Shown here: in pieces, positions 24,282-38,667 of the stretch
Layout of the letters: every line of letters begins with the position of its first letter
Position numbering within the stretch: the first letter of the stretch is position 1
NCBI GenBank assembly: GCA_964016885.1
Contig: OZ024740.1
Coordinates: 207,762,001 to 207,826,000, forward strand
Source: Eledone cirrhosa
Taxonomy: Eukaryota
Direction of reading: 5' to 3'
Length of the DNA: 64,000 nt
Notes under the pieces: model-generated
Seen by the model: the letters and a program-made list of their open reading frames with translations, nothing else
Databases searched by the model: none
What the model was told of the DNA's origin: nothing
Made by a program: the position numbers and the translations under genes

Positions 24282-24473
24282 AACAGTGGCAGACTGGCAT
24301 ATGTGTAGAGAGAAAGAGAGGTGAGATTGACAAATAGATGAAATATGCCATCTATGTGATACGAAGACGTGTTTAGTATTAATTCAATATTGCCGCTGAC
24401 TAATGTATTTATTTGATGCAATTACACGGAAATGGGAAGACATGGTCTATGGAAAGATTTCACTATAGCTACA

Positions 24474-24505
<32 letters not shown>

Positions 24506-24544
24506 ACTCTCACTCTCTCACTTTCTCTCTCTCTCTCTCACTCA

Positions 24545-24579
<35 letters not shown>

Positions 24580-24775
24580 ACTCTCACTTTCTCTCTCTCT
24601 CTCTCTCACTCACTCTCTCTCTCTCACTCTCTCTCTCTCTCTCACTCTCTCTTTCTCTTTCTTTCCTTCTCTATGTATATAGATATATGTATGTGTGTGC
24701 ATATAAACCTGGACACACATGCATACATACACACACACACACACACATATATATATATGTATATATATATATGTA

Positions 24776-24859
<84 letters not shown>

Positions 24860-24927
24860 GTGTATAACATACACACACACACACACATATATATGTAATT
24901 ATTTTTATTTAGATGTATATATGTAAG

Positions 24928-24959
<32 letters not shown>

Positions 24960-25134
24960 TATATATATACACACACAACCACAGAAACACACACACATCC
25001 ATATATATGTGTGTGTGTGAATATTTCAATTGTCATGTAAATTGAGATCAGTAAGTCAGGTTTAATTAAAAATCAAGTTAATTGAATTAATAAATAATGG
25101 GAGGAAGAATCTTGTTTTCCATATATTTCTATGT

Positions 25135-25620
25135 TTGTTGTTGTTATTGTGTTGCTGTTGTTGTTGTTATTGCTGCTGTCATTGTTACTGTTGTTGTTTT
25201 TGTATGTCGTTGTTACTACTGTTGTTGTTACTGTTGTTGTCGTTGTTCTTGTGGTTGTTGTCGTTTTTGTGGTTGTTATCGTGGTTGTTGTTACTGATGC
25301 TGATGTTGTTGTTGTTGTTGTTGTTACTGCTGCTGCTGCTGTTGTTGTTACTGCTGCTGTTGTTGTTACTGCTGTCGTTGTTGTCACTGCTGCTGTTGTT
25401 GTTACTGATGCTACTGTTGTTGTTGTCACTGCTGCTGTTGTTGTTACTACTGCTGTTGTTGTTACTACTGCTGTTGTTGTTACTGCTGCTGTTGTTGTTA
25501 CTGCTGCTGTTATTGTTATTGTTGCTGTTGTTGTTGTGGCTGATGTTGTTGTTGTTGTTGTTTTTGTTTGTCTTGCTAATGTCATCGTTGTTGTTGTTGT
25601 TGCTGTTGTCGTTATTGGCA
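25135..25620. repeat. (GTT/GCT)n low-complexity trinucleotide tract
   Basis: Direct inspection. Confidence 0.9.
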
Positions 25621-25924
25621 TTATTGTTTGTTGTGAATATTTTTATAAAGGTTCTCTCTCAACCGAACTACTTGCTGTGTACTCATTAAATGTTAATGTC
25701 AGTGGCCGAGTATACCGTCAAGATGGCGACACTCGTCCTCTCAATGAAGCTCGCGTGTTACACTCTACATGTGAGTGGAGTTTTACTGAAGCAGGTGAAG
25801 TTCAAGACAAGATCAAACAATACCCAGTTGTTATGTCTACAAAATTTAACCGAGATAAACAAAAAACAGCCACAACAACACCCACAACTCCACCACCACC
25901 ACCACCACCACCATCACCACTAAT

Positions 25925-26385
25925 GGTGTTTTATATAGGCACAAGGTCAACAAATTTAGGGGATGGGAGGAAGGTCAATTAAATCAATCCCAGTGCATTA
26001 CTGGTACTTTATTTTATCGACCCCGTAAGGATGAAAGGCAAAGTCAACATCGGCAGGATTTTATCTCAGTTGTAATGATAATAATAACAGTTTCTGATTT
26101 AGGCACAAGGCCAGCAATTTTTGGGGCGGGGAATTTCGATTAAATCGACCCAGTGAATGACTGGTACTTTATTTTATCGACCCTGTAAGGATGAAAGGCA
26201 AAACTAACCTCGGTGGGATTTGAACTCAATTGTAATAGGTTTCTTATATAGGCACAAGGCCAGTAATTTTGAAGGGGATGGGAAATTCGATTAAATCGAC
26301 CCCCGTGCGTTACGTGTGATTTATTTTATCGACCCTGTAAGGATGAAAGGCAAAGCTAATCCCGGAAGGATTTGAACTAAAGGGC
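25925..26385 (-). mobile_element. Three tandem SINE 3' parts
   Basis: Same family as 1706-2530, reverse strand. Confidence 0.8.
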
Positions 26386-26899
26386 CACAAAAATACACTC
26401 TTTAGGTAGGTTTTATAGAAATGGTATCTCAGGTTTTATAGAAATGGTATCTCAATAATAATATTCGTGGGAAGGAAAACCCCAGAAACCACTTTCATAG
26501 AATCGTGATACAAAACAATAATAAAATAGTTAACGTCGTGAATGAAGGTGAAACCAATTACGGTGAAGGTCACTCACCCTGTAGGTTTGGTGCCCCCTTA
26601 ACAAGGGAATTGATGTAGCCCCGACGCACAAAAGTTTCACGCAGCTAGACACAGGTAGACGAAGGAAGTGTAGGCTACCCCCATTAATTATCGTGAAATA
26701 GAGCCAAACTGGAATGTATTGTAGGGCTACGTTTTGGACTTTGGGATAGCAAAGGATTGTTGAATATCTGAGGACGTTTGGTATTGCTGATATCACAAAT
26801 TTTCTTCTAAATACAGTGAAGAGGACTGAATGCGACTGGCGTATGTGTCTGATAGTGCACATGTTCACCCCCACCTCCCCTATCAAGTGACAATGAACT

Positions 26900-27300
26900 A
26901 TTCTACGTTTGTGTGCCTCACGTGGGATAACTCACGTGTCCGCGTGACTTGAATGCTCTGTCTTTACTATAACTACTCTGTTTTGTACAAAATAAACGAC
27001 TTTATGTAGTTGGGCGTCTTTAACAGAGAGTCTAGGAGTTAACGGTCCAATTATCTACAGCAGACCCTTTAAAACGAACAGTATGTTAAAGTTGAAGATA
27101 TGGGGCTCTTAGGAATTAGGGGGGGGTTGGCATCTATGGGATTTCTAAAGTACCCTTGGGTGATAACCCGCCCCCTATTCAGGAGTTTTACTGCTACTAA
27201 TACATAATTGTTTCCAATTATCTGGGGTCTTTTACACGTTTTATGTAAATCCCCACTGTCCCTGTTTTTGTATTGTCCTTTGTGGCCAATAAAGAAATAT
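26900..27300 (+). mobile_element. Diverged 3' end of a Tx1-like LINE
   Basis: Ends tgtcctttgtggccaataaagaaa like the LINE end at 10065-10087; the 5' boundary is uncertain. Confidence 0.5.
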
Positions 27301-27449
27301 AAATTTTTTATTGATTATTTATTACTGTTGTTTTAATAATAATGTTTTATTAATGTTTTATTGGCTTTAATTTTATGCTTCCTTAATTTCTTGTTTTAAC
27401 GTCATTTTACTGGTCTCTCGGTCTGACTTACCTCTGTTTCTTTCTTTAG

Positions 27450-28040
27450 TAGTAGTTGTAGTTTGTGTTGTTGTTGTTGTAGTAGTGGTCGTGGTAATCG
27501 TAGTAATGGTAGTAGTAGTAGTAGTAGTGGTAGTAGTAGTACCAGCAATAGTAGTAGTAGTAGTAGTTGTTGTTGTTGTGGTGGTGGTGGTGGTAGTAGT
27601 AGCGGTGGTGGTAGTAGTAGTAGTGGTGGTGGTTGAGGTGGTGGGAGGGGTGATGGTAGTAGTAATGGTCGTGGTAGTGGTGGAGGTAGTGGTGATGGGG
27701 TGGTGATAGTAGTAGTAATAGTAGTAGTTGTTGTGGTGGTGGTGGTAGTAGTGGTGGTACTAGTAGTGGTGGTACTAGTAGTGGTGGTGGAGGTGGCGGT
27801 AGTGGTGATGGGGTGGTGATAGTAGTAGTAGTAGTAGTAGTAGTAGTAGCAATAGTAGTAGTAGTAGAGGTTGTTTTTGTTGTAGTAGTAATTTTTGTTG
27901 CTTCTTTGTTTTTGATTTTAATGTTATTTCTGTTTGTTGTTGTTGTTGTTCTTCTTGTTGTTGTTGCTGTTCTTCTTGTTGCTGTTGTTATTCTTATTCT
28001 TCTTCTTCTCCTCCTCCCCCCTCCTCATCACCACCACCAC
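27450..28040. repeat. (GTA/GTG/GTT)n trinucleotide tract
   Basis: Direct inspection. Confidence 0.9.
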
Positions 28041-28458
28041 TATTCAACCAACATATAGACTTCAACACTATCAACTTTAGAAAGTTATTTTAATTAAGTT
28101 ATAGTTTCTGTATCTGCGATATTTTGGAATGTAAAATCGATTGTAATCTGACATTATATATATATATATATTTTTTTTTTCATATATATGCGTGTTTATG
28201 TGTGTGTGTATAGATCACACGAACATACACACATACAGACACCACACACACACACAAACATATATATACATATATCTATATCTATACACTCACACACACA
28301 TATATATATATATATATTAAAGAGTTAAACAAGATTCAATGAGTACATCAAAGAATGAGTTTTACAGTAGATTGGAAGCACTCTACGAAAAAAATAATTT
28401 TCCAGAGTTATTAATATTGAAATACAAATATTAATAAAATAGATGTTCTTTTGATCAA

Positions 28459-28520
28459 TTATATTTTATTATACATATTTCGGATGTACAACGGTACGTC
28501 CTCATCAGACAAAATATAAT
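28459..28520 (-). ncRNA. Type I hammerhead ribozyme
   Basis: Minus strand: attatattttgt CTGATGA ggacgtac-cgtt-gtacatcc GAAA tatgta TA^ ataaaatataat (12-bp stem I); inverted partial copy at 28580-28640. Confidence 0.8.
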
Positions 28521-28721
28521 GATACATGACATACCCTGAGATGTTAAATGGTTAAGATTTAATCAAGGTAGTCACTACCAATATGTATAATAAAATATAA
28601 TTGATCAAAAGAACATCTATTTTAATAATATTTGTATTTTAATATATATATATATATACATTATATGCATGATATATATAAATATATATCATGCATATAA
28701 TGTATATGTGGGTGTGTGTGT

Positions 28722-28824
<103 letters not shown>

Positions 28825-28961
28825 TTGGTGCTCTGAAATAGCGATATATATATGAATGTATATATAGTGTATTTTGCAATACACTGTCTGCTTAATTAAA
28901 AGCATTTTGAAGACATTACGCTATTGTTTTAGAGAAGTGACAGTCTCACTTACTTTAAATG

Positions 28962-29050
28962 TTCAGCAAACAGGGGAGATAAAGCTGACAGAGCTCTGTT
29001 TCGTACTTTTTGGTACTTATCAAAGCTAAGTACTCCACCTGTTTGCTGAA
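28962..29050 (-). ncRNA. Extended type I hammerhead, U3-A8 core variant
   Basis: Minus strand: ttcagcaaacagg..ggagtacttagct TTGATAA gtac-caaaaa-gtac GAAA cagagctctg TC^ agct..ctcc cctgtttgctgaa. Confidence 0.8.
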
Positions 29051-29326
29051 AATCATCAATGTTTGATTCTTATAGAATTCTAGTAATAATCAGGAACTGA
29101 TTATGCAGAGCGGTTGCCGGTCAAGCAGAACAATAGCGTAAGGTCTTCAAAATGCTTTTAATTAAGCATACAGTGTATTGCAAAATACACTACATATACA
29201 TTCATATATATATCGCTATTTCAGAGCACCAATTATAATTTTCAATTTCTGCTTGACCGGCAACCGCTCTGTATAATCAGTTCCTGATTATTACTAGAAT
29301 TCTATAAGAATCAAACATTGATGATT

Positions 29327-29413
29327 TTCAGCAAACAGGTGGAGTACTTAGCTTTGATAAGTACCAAAGCACGAAACAGAGCTCTGTCAGCTTTATCTCC
29401 CCTGTTTGCTGAA
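29327..29413 (+). ncRNA. Extended type I hammerhead, U3-A8 core variant
   Basis: TTGATAA at 29354-29360, GAAA 29373-29376, GTC 29386-29388; long stem I. Confidence 0.75.
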
Positions 29414-29508
29414 AATTTAAAGTAAGTGAGACTGTCACTACTCTAAAACAATAGCGTAAGGTCTTCAAAATGCTTTTAATTAAGCATACAGTGTATTACA
29501 AAATACAC

Positions 29509-29554
<46 letters not shown>

Positions 29555-29562
29555 CGGTTATA

Positions 29563-29664
<102 letters not shown>

Positions 29665-29733
29665 TATGAAGAGAGAAGAAACATTTAGATATAATTAGTA
29701 ATAAAATGTATCATACCTAAACTGTTCCTAAAT

Positions 29734-29821
29734 TCCTCGACTACGTAGTTTCGTGGCATAAACAAAAACAATATATCAAAGATATAGAGTCCTTGCGAGG
29801 TCTGCCGACTTATCAAGAGGA
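29734..29821 (-). ncRNA. Hammerhead, U3-A8 variant with a long stem II insertion
   Basis: Minus strand: tcctc TTGATAA gt-c-ggca...tgccac GAAA ctacgtag TC^ gagga. Confidence 0.7.
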
Positions 29822-30324
29822 TACCTCATTTTACTAGTCTCAAGAACGCGTCTACACGACGTGAGAAAGAATCCCAAAAGGCGGAGGGGGAGATAGTCAC
29901 GCGATATAACGGTCGAGAAACAGAGCTAAGCCTCTTATAACCACGAAGAAAATACCACGGAGGCGGAGGGGGTATTCATATCGAGGCCGTAGAAGAGGTA
30001 GTGAAGAAGGCGAGAAGTATGAGTAATGGAAGCTTTCCAGTTGTCCCCACACCTCAAAGATTGCTCGACCAGAGGGAGTTATTAATATATTTAGAAACAC
30101 ACAGATACATGCGGACACACACATATATACATGAATGCATCCGCACCCAACTGTGAGTTAAGGGTGCCAACTTCACCGATGTTGCTCAATGAATGACTGG
30201 GACAGACCAATTCAGTTTGAACTAGACTGAACCAGTATCAGAGTTAAAAATACATTATGAAGAGAGAAGAAACATTTAGATATAATTAGTAATAAAATGT
30301 ATCATACCTAAACTGTTCCTAAAT

Positions 30325-30412
30325 TCCTCGACTACGTAGTTTCGTGGCATAAACAAAAACAATATATCAAAGATATAGAGTCCTTGCGAGGTCTGCCGAC
30401 TTATCAAGAGGA
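30325..30412 (-). ncRNA. Second copy of the same hammerhead
   Basis: Same sequence as 29734-29821. Confidence 0.7.
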
Positions 30413-31104
30413 TACCTCATTTTACTAGTCTCAAGAACGCGTCTACACGACGTGAGAAAGAATCCCAAAAGGCGGAGGGGGAGATAGTCACGCGATATAA
30501 CGGTCGAGAAACAGAGCTAAGCCTCTTATAACCACGAAGAAAATACCACGGAGGCGGAGGGGGTATTCATCACTCGTTGAAACAGTATGTTGTTTGATTG
30601 ATTAGTAATTGTGTGTGGTAGTGGACTTTTCTCCAATCGTTCGTCCATTTCCAATACAGCTGTGTAAGTTTAGATGTTTCCCAATCTAAACTAGCTTCAT
30701 AGTGACAGTAATTCTATCACACACTGATATACATTTTTACAACAACGTTAGTTCTTCTTCGAAATAGCCGTAGTCCTCTCATATTTCTGCTGGCCCATGC
30801 CGTCACTTCATTTCTTCCACCCCACCCCCTCTATCTCTCTCTTTCTTAGATTTTTATATCATTTTCGTACAGGCGATATTTAATCGAAAAAAGGTTTGCT
30901 CCTTTATTTTACTATTTCGATTACATATCATGGAAGTCTCCAAATAAACCATTAGGAATATACAGAGAAATTATGAAAAAGATCGCCTCTTCTTCAGCTC
31001 TAAGAGCCGTTCTGGAAATTAAGGCAGCCCCTCTTCTGGTGAAATGGAAACTCCATCTAACTTCTTGTGTCAATAGGGAGGAGATGCAAAACAAGCATAT
31101 ATAT

Positions 31105-31465
31105 ATATATATATTATGCTCGGCATAACTGGAAAAGTGGGTGAGTGGCCGCATGATTTCTTAAACGACAGCAGCCAGACAGTTGCAGCAAATGGGGCCC
31201 TCTCAAAGGAAATATCAATAACAATGGGGTGCACCAGGGCACAGTCTTGGAACCACTACTGTTTTTGGTGGGTCTCTCAGACATGCCCTCTGAGTACATA
31301 CAACATCCCTCACTAGCTATGTACATACAACATCCCTCACTAGCTATACTGATGACACTAAGGTAGCACAGGCAATCAAAAACCCGGCTGATGCTGCTCT
31401 TTTAAAACAAGATCTGGATGCCATATACAAATGGGCTGATGACAACAACATGCAGTTTAATGCAG
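31105..31465 (+). mobile_element. CR1/L2-like RT fragment
   Basis: DFLNDSSQTVAANG..., QGTVLEPLLF, SYTDDTK, QDLDAIYKWADDNNMQFN. Confidence 0.75.
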
Positions 31466-31713
31466 TTCTGTTTGCATGCTAACACAAAAGCGAGAATGGG
31501 GAGGGGGGCTCATCCTACTAACATGGCTTATAAAAGAGGCTGTTTGCATAACGAATCGAATCGAGGTTGACTTTGCCTTTCATCCTTACGGGCTCGATAA
31601 AATAAAGTACCAGTAATGCACTGGGCAATTGCTGGCCTTGTGCCAAAAGTAGAAACAATTATTAATAATGAAAATCTCAGATCACACACACATATATATA
31701 TATATATATATGA

Positions 31714-31798
<85 letters not shown>

Positions 31799-31929
31799 CA
31801 CATATACGCATACATACATACATACACACACATGCATACACATACCTGTACACCTACATACATACATATACATACATACACATCTACACACACATATGTA
31901 TACACATCTACTCAAGTATTTAAGTTCAC

Positions 31930-32430
31930 ATATATATTGGGGGAGGGGGTTAATGAAATGATAGTGTACCTCCGAGGGTTGTTCTTCTCTTCAATGAACC
32001 AATGTTTGAAAGTGCGGGTGTCATCCACTTCTATTTGAATTTTTTTTTTTTTTTCAATATGCGATTTTCCAATATTCCATCTTCCAATAACAGGAGAGAA
32101 TCCTGTTATTGGAAGATGGAATATCATTCTTTTGTGTTCAGTACCGGTTTGTACTTTCTAATGAAGAAATCTTCACTATATTTCCGGAAATGTTCGTTGT
32201 CCGACCATATCTTAAAGAAGGGGAAGATTGTGAATTTTCCCTTTCCGCATGATGCGAAGTGTTCACTGCATGTGGTGTTTCTGACAGAGGGGTCTCTAAT
32301 TTGTTGTTTATGTACACGAACTCCGTTATGTAGACCCGTTCCGGATTCACCAATGTAGTATTCTTTACATTGTGGGAAGGTTGTACATTAAATTAAGTTT
32401 TTTGTTTTGCAATTCATGTTTGTATTACCT
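31930..32430 (-). mobile_element. Penelope-like GIY-YIG endonuclease fragment plus 3' UTR
   Basis: NCKTKNLI..QCKEYYIGE..VRVHKQQI..CSEHF..YKPVLN; homologous to 47790-48160. Confidence 0.8.
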
Positions 32431-32505
32431 TTTCTACGGAAATATTTAATATATATATATATATATACAATATTAAATAAATGGAAAACTATATTTATAA
32501 AACCA

Positions 32506-32580
32506 TATTTATTTCATTATATATATTTCGGGGATATCATATTAACAATATGCTATGCCTTCATCAGACAAAATACAATA
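32506..32580 (-). ncRNA. Type I hammerhead ribozyme
   Basis: Minus strand: tattgtattttgt CTGATGA agg..catatt-gtt-aatatg..cc GAAA tatata TA^ atgaaataaata. Confidence 0.7.
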
Positions 32581-32918
32581 TAAACAGTTTTATAGATAAA
32601 TAGATTCGACATACCGTTATAACACCGACTTCATTTGAAGAGGTTTAAGCTGGCAGTGAAAAATTTTTACACAGAGAGAAAGAAAGAGAGAAAAAAGAAA
32701 GAAAGGCAGAAAACGAAGAAAAGGAAGAAAAAGAAGAGAAAGAGGAAATGCATGGAACAAAATAGAGAGATGGAAAGATAGATAAAGCGAAGAACTTCAT
32801 GTAAAGAAACAGAAAGACATATATATATATATAGAGAGAGGAAATAGAGATAGATACATAAATATATAGAAAATTAGGTAGTGGGAGGTCATTTTGAGTA
32901 AATGTATCAATGATGCAT

Positions 32919-32949
<31 letters not shown>

Positions 32950-33608
32950 GCTCAAGTATTAATGTAAGGGAGATATATAGAGAGAGAAAAAATAGAGAGA
33001 GGAAAAAATAGCGAGAGAAAAAAAATTTAAAAATAGCCAGATATATTCGAGGTGTAAAAACCCTATGTTTTAATGTATTAGTATTTATAAAACTTACACT
33101 ATATTGTAAATATCAGTATTCCTGAATGAGACAAGTATCCATAATGTGTGAAAATTAATTATCTTATGTTTAGTTTTAAAAAATTCATATGTTTATGTGA
33201 CAGCTACAAACATCCATGCGAATCCAACTGATTCACTCTGCAAACTCTAAGATCACGGAAAACATTCTCAATGTGGTATAAAAAATTTGAGCATACATAT
33301 ATGTGTATTATTATTCCTGTCATTACTCTACAAGATTATCTATCAAGCAGAAATAGAGAGCAGATTTCAATATACTAATAAAAATATATATCATAAACAA
33401 AACTAAAAATAAAAAGATAACAATAATAATAATAAGTAAAAATATAGAATAGAAAACTAAAAAAATATTACGAAAGAATATTACATAATAAAAATATTAG
33501 ATATTAAAAATACTACGTATTAAAAAATATTACGTATTAAAAATTTACATATTAGAGATATTAAAAATAAAATAAAATAAAATAAAATAAAATAAAATAA
33601 AATAAAAC

Positions 33609-33638
<30 letters not shown>

Positions 33639-33640
<2 letters not shown>

Positions 33641-34239
33641 CAGGTCACCAATTGGTGCTATTGGTAACATGTATCCCAGTACAACCTGTCTCGTGGTCGG
33701 GTCGTTGGTGACTAAACTGGCAACCCCACCAAGGTTTCTTGGTGAGGAGAGTCACTTTGGACATCCTGCAGGACTAAAAACAAAACCTGTAAAAGGGCAA
33801 AGGAGCTCTTAAGAGTCAATGGCCATCCAAAATCAGCGGGAGAGATGAATCCTTAGCCTTTGTCAAGGCAGAATTCTAGGAGAAGGAAAACTCTGATAGC
33901 AACCCTGATGGTATCCAATGATGTTGACTTGTTCTTCTTTTTGGTAAATATCATCTTGGTTAAGAGAGTGGGACTGGCTTTGTGCAGTGCCTTTGCTCAC
34001 TATAAAAGCTTCACGGCACAGGCATTGCTTTATATCTGGAGATCTCTCTGCACTTGTCGTCACATGGTACCATGGGCCCAGCACTATGTGTCAATAATTG
34101 TCACAAGTGTAGTGTTTGTACCAGAGTTTTCAAGTCGCTGGCTGGACTAAAAAGTCACACTCGTTCAGCGCATCGGTAGGGTTCTCCTACATGGATATAA
34201 AGTAATGGCCGTACTCGCAAACGAGTTGGCAGCCACCAT
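33639..34239 (+). mobile_element. ~600-bp bipartite non-autonomous RTE element
   Basis: Copy of 19166-19766. Confidence 0.85.
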
Positions 34240-35443
34240 GTATGTATGTATATGTATGTATGAATATATATATATGCCTGTATGCCTCTGTTTCATGTTT
34301 TATCATATATTTTATGAGTGATATTTCATATTTCCTTATTAGTCGTTTATATTTTGTTTCCAGCCATAAACTTAGTAGGTCTATTAATATTTATAGACTT
34401 TTTTCAGTCTTATAGCTTCTGGCTGAAGCAGTTTTATTGCTGTTTCTTATTGCCGTTTTTAATAGACAAGATTCATAGAAACGTTGTTCTGTTAATGAGG
34501 ATGTTGTTAAGACCAGAATTAACATTTTTTTTTTGTACGTTATCTCTAATCAAACATTAGCTGGTCTTATTTTATTCATAGATTGTGCTATCTTTGTATA
34601 AATGTCTGCTCTGTATGTTGTTATTAATAGAGCTTTACTAACTAATCTGGTTTTGTTTGGGAATTGTATTTAAGATTGATGTGTTTTCAGCTAATGATTT
34701 TTTTTTTTTTTAAATTTCTTCGTTCTTCTTTTTTAATTATTTTATTTTTCTGTTGAGTAATGTACTGAGATGCTGTAGTTCCTTGTATATAGATGCATAG
34801 CAAATTGACGAGACAGTGTCGTAGTTGATTGTCAAACGTTACGCATAGAGGCATAATGTTTTCGACTTTTACGTTTACAAAGCAATTTGAAATTTACTTT
34901 AGTTATTTGAAGTTGGTTCAGTGACTGCTGAATTGTGATGTTCTTGTGGATCAAATTAGAAACTTTTCTTCTGGTTATAGAATGGTGGATAAGGAGAATC
35001 GTTAAAACGACAGACAAAAATACTTTCCGGCATTTGTTCCGAGTCTTTACCCTTACAGTTCAAATATCACCGAGGGCAACTTTATCCTTCTGGGATTGAT
35101 GAAATAAAGAACCAGTCAATTGCTGGGATCGATATATCGACTTCACCTTCCCCTCAAATTGTTGATCCTGTGCCTAAAATAGAAGCTATTATGTGTCATT
35201 TATCATTTATTCATTAAATATTGAATATCTCTGTTCAACACAGCGTTAGTTAGAAAATTGAGATACATTTTAATGTATGAATATCTACACTTTAAATTAT
35301 ATGCCTCGCTGTGAAAACGCAAACTAATGTAAATGCACAATTGTTCTCTTGCCTACATAGTCAAGCAAAGTGTATTCCATATATCTAGTACATAATACAT
35401 ACACGTATAGACATACAAATACACACACACATACGCCACCCCC

Positions 35444-35484
<41 letters not shown>

Positions 35485-35595
35485 CAAGAATAGAGGCATA
35501 CAAATCCACACATGCACTGATATGTATACACGTATACATATGTGGACACGCGCATACATATATACATACATGCACACATGCATACACATACATAC

Positions 35596-38432
35596 ATGAT
35601 GGTTGCAAACTCGTGTTCGAGCAATGTCGTCACCCGATAAAATGCTCAAAAATGTGAGGCACGAATGTGGCTTTTTAAACCAGCCAAAAACTTGCACCCT
35701 CTGACACATACATGGCAACTGTAGGATCCTCAGGGAATTCCCATTCCTTTGTTCTGGCTATGTGTTCTCGTGTGTCTTTTAAGACCTCCCATGCTAGCAC
35801 ATTGCTTGCCACATTCCTTACATTTTTTCAGATTATAATCTATATGAGGTCTACTGATATGACTTTGTTCGTGTCTAGTCGAACCAGCTTTGCGTAAGCA
35901 GACTCAACCACAGTGCTGGCAAACCAGATGATGTTCAACAGCAGGCATTTCAGAACAGTCTCATTCGTCTGATGAAATTCCTGCACAAGCCAAGGAATCT
36001 CTCACACTGTCTCGGTACCGCATTTTTGGTTTGTGTGGTGGTCGCCTTCCTTCACACAGCTTTCCGTAGAGAAGTTGCTTTGGAATACGATCATCAGACA
36101 TCCTCACCACCTCAAACGAATCCAAAAGATCATGCTCTCTATAGTCACGCACCTGCTCAGTTCAAGAACTTCCAAATCACTGACGAACATTTTCCATCGC
36201 ACCCAAGTAACTTACGAAGAGATTGTTGGTGAAACCTCTCCAAGTGCTTTCTGTATGTGACCCACGTTTCACAAGCATAAAGAAAAGAGGAGACGACACA
36301 AGTCAGATACACTTTCACCTTGGTTCCGATAGTGATACATCGTATGTACCATAAACGTTCATTCAACCCTCCAAAAGCATCACTGGCTTTCTTGATTCTT
36401 AAGGATATCTCATCATCAAGTGTGCATGAATTGTTCAACGTACTACCAAGGTAAACAAACCTGTCAGCAACTTTTAGCCTCTTTCCGTACACGTACACAC
36501 TTGGTGCAGTGTATTCTTTCCCAAGTGTTGACTGGTACATCACAACACTATTTTCCAAGCTTATAGTGAAGCCCAATGCGCTGCAAGCTTCAGAAAAAGA
36601 GTTCATAATATGCCGCATGTCACTTTGTGAGTGAGCAAAAAGATCGCAGTCATCTGCATACAAAAACTCACGGATTACCTGCACCTTCTTTACCTGTCTG
36701 TAACACTCATAATTGTCACCAACAGAGCTACCACCTTTAAGAAATGCATCAAGTGCCTCTTGTTTTCTGTCCAGCAGAGCCTTGACTTCCCGGTCATTTT
36801 CATCAAACGTGTCCTTGTGTTTTCATATGACAAATCCAAGGACCTCTGCTGAAGCCTCATAGACCGTGCTCCTGAAGTCATTCCATTTGTTCGCACAATC
36901 AATGCTTTCAAGCCTGCGATACAGCTCTTCCTTGACATCCTTATCTTTAATATGATCTATATTCAAGAACTTGGGAATTTTGATACAATTTGCTCTTGTC
37001 TGAGGTTTGATCACGAAGTTTGCCTTGGCGCGCACCAGACCATGGTCTGTCCAGCACTCTGCGCCACGCAGAACACGCACATGCTTGATATCCTGCATAT
37101 CACGTTTCTTCACAAGAACATAGTTGAAATCACCAAGTACGATAATTTTGTCTGCTGAAGGAATCTTTTGGACAAGTTCCTTTAAGGCCTGTAAAAGGCA
37201 AATTTCTCGTCTTCATTGGAGTTCATCGTCGGGGAATATACACTGATAATGGTAAGGTAGCGATTGTACATCAGAGGAATTCTCATTGGCATGAGACGAT
37301 CACTTATGCCACTTGGAAACTGGTCAAGTGTCGACACCAAAGACGTTTTCAATATAAAAACCACATCTGCCTCCCTTTTGCATCCTGCTGCTATACCACT
37401 CCACTAAAACGTATAGCCGCTGGACATCTCAGTAATATGTCCTTCTTCGAGTAGCCTTGTTTCAAATAAGGCAACAATATCCATATTGTATCGTTCCAGC
37501 TCTTTGGCAACAAGAGCTGATCTTCTTTCTGGTCGTGATTCTGAAGACACCAAATCTAATAAGGTCCGGATGTTCCAACAACCGATATTCATAGGTTTCA
37601 ACTTCTTCTTCTTTGCAGTGACAGGATAAAGACCGGGCCCATGCTGTGTTGCCATGGGACACCTACCTGGCCAGACCCTTTCCCCATCAGTTCCAGAGCC
37701 CCGATTGCCATTCGTACATTATCATGGTTCATCATTGAATATTTTTGCCTTTTTTGGGCTACGGCCAGCCACAATGCAATAAATAATTTGTTCAAATAAA
37801 TCAGGCAATGCCTGTGCTTGGAATTTTTTAAATGAAGAAAAACCTTGCACAGAACTAATCCCACTCTCTGAGCATTGAGAGCATGTACCGAAAGGAAGAA
37901 CTGGTCAACATCATCGGTGCCCTCAACACCGCAGGTGTTTATTCGAAGTTTCCCTCTCCTCAAGAAGTGTTGTGACAACAACTAAGGGAGCATATCAGTA
38001 CTAGCGGGCGATCTGCACGCCTGGGCGCCAACCCAGACATTCCCTGTCCCCGCGCGCACGTGTACACAAATGTTTATGCAAAAGCACACTCTTGTACATC
38101 CGAGGATATATAAGAGAGACGAAGGATTTAAAGATTTAAAAAGTTAAAAGAAAAAAGAGGATATATCAAATATACACATACACACAACAGAAAGAATAAA
38201 TGCATATACAAAAGTATATATAAATAGAGTACTTACACGTACACAGTATTTGGATTGCCGTTAATTCTATTGAGTCTCTCCGCCCTTTGTCAAATTATGT
38301 TTTTCATCCCGCAGGGAGTCCAAATACCACCCTTCTCACCAAGCAAGCTCGGTGGGGTTGCCAGTTTAGTCACCGATGATCTGACCATGCAACAGGTTGT
38401 ACTGGATTACATGTTGCCCGTAGCGCTCAAGA
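35596..38432 (-). mobile_element. RTE-clade LINE, internally deleted and degenerate
   Basis: APE: IGCWNIRTL, RPERRSALVAKEL, WTDHGLV. RT: IREFLYADDC, FVYLGS, RIPKQLLYG. Most of the RT N-half is deleted near 36685; (TATG)n tail. Confidence 0.88.
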
Positions 38433-38667
38433 TACATACATACATACATACACACACAGATGCATACATGCATGCATACATACATACATACATGTATACA
38501 TACATGCATATATACACACATACATAATACATTCATATATACATACAAACATACATACATATATATATATACAAACAAACATACATACTACATACATACA
38601 TATATACATGCATATATACAAACAAACATACATACGTACATACATACATATATACATGCATATATAC

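Noticed and set aside
37990-38245. Helitron-like insertion in the RTE 5' UTR (minus-strand GC hairpin then CTAG)
   Set aside because: Hairpin imperfect and no matching 5' TC end; an insertion is likely but its class is unsupported
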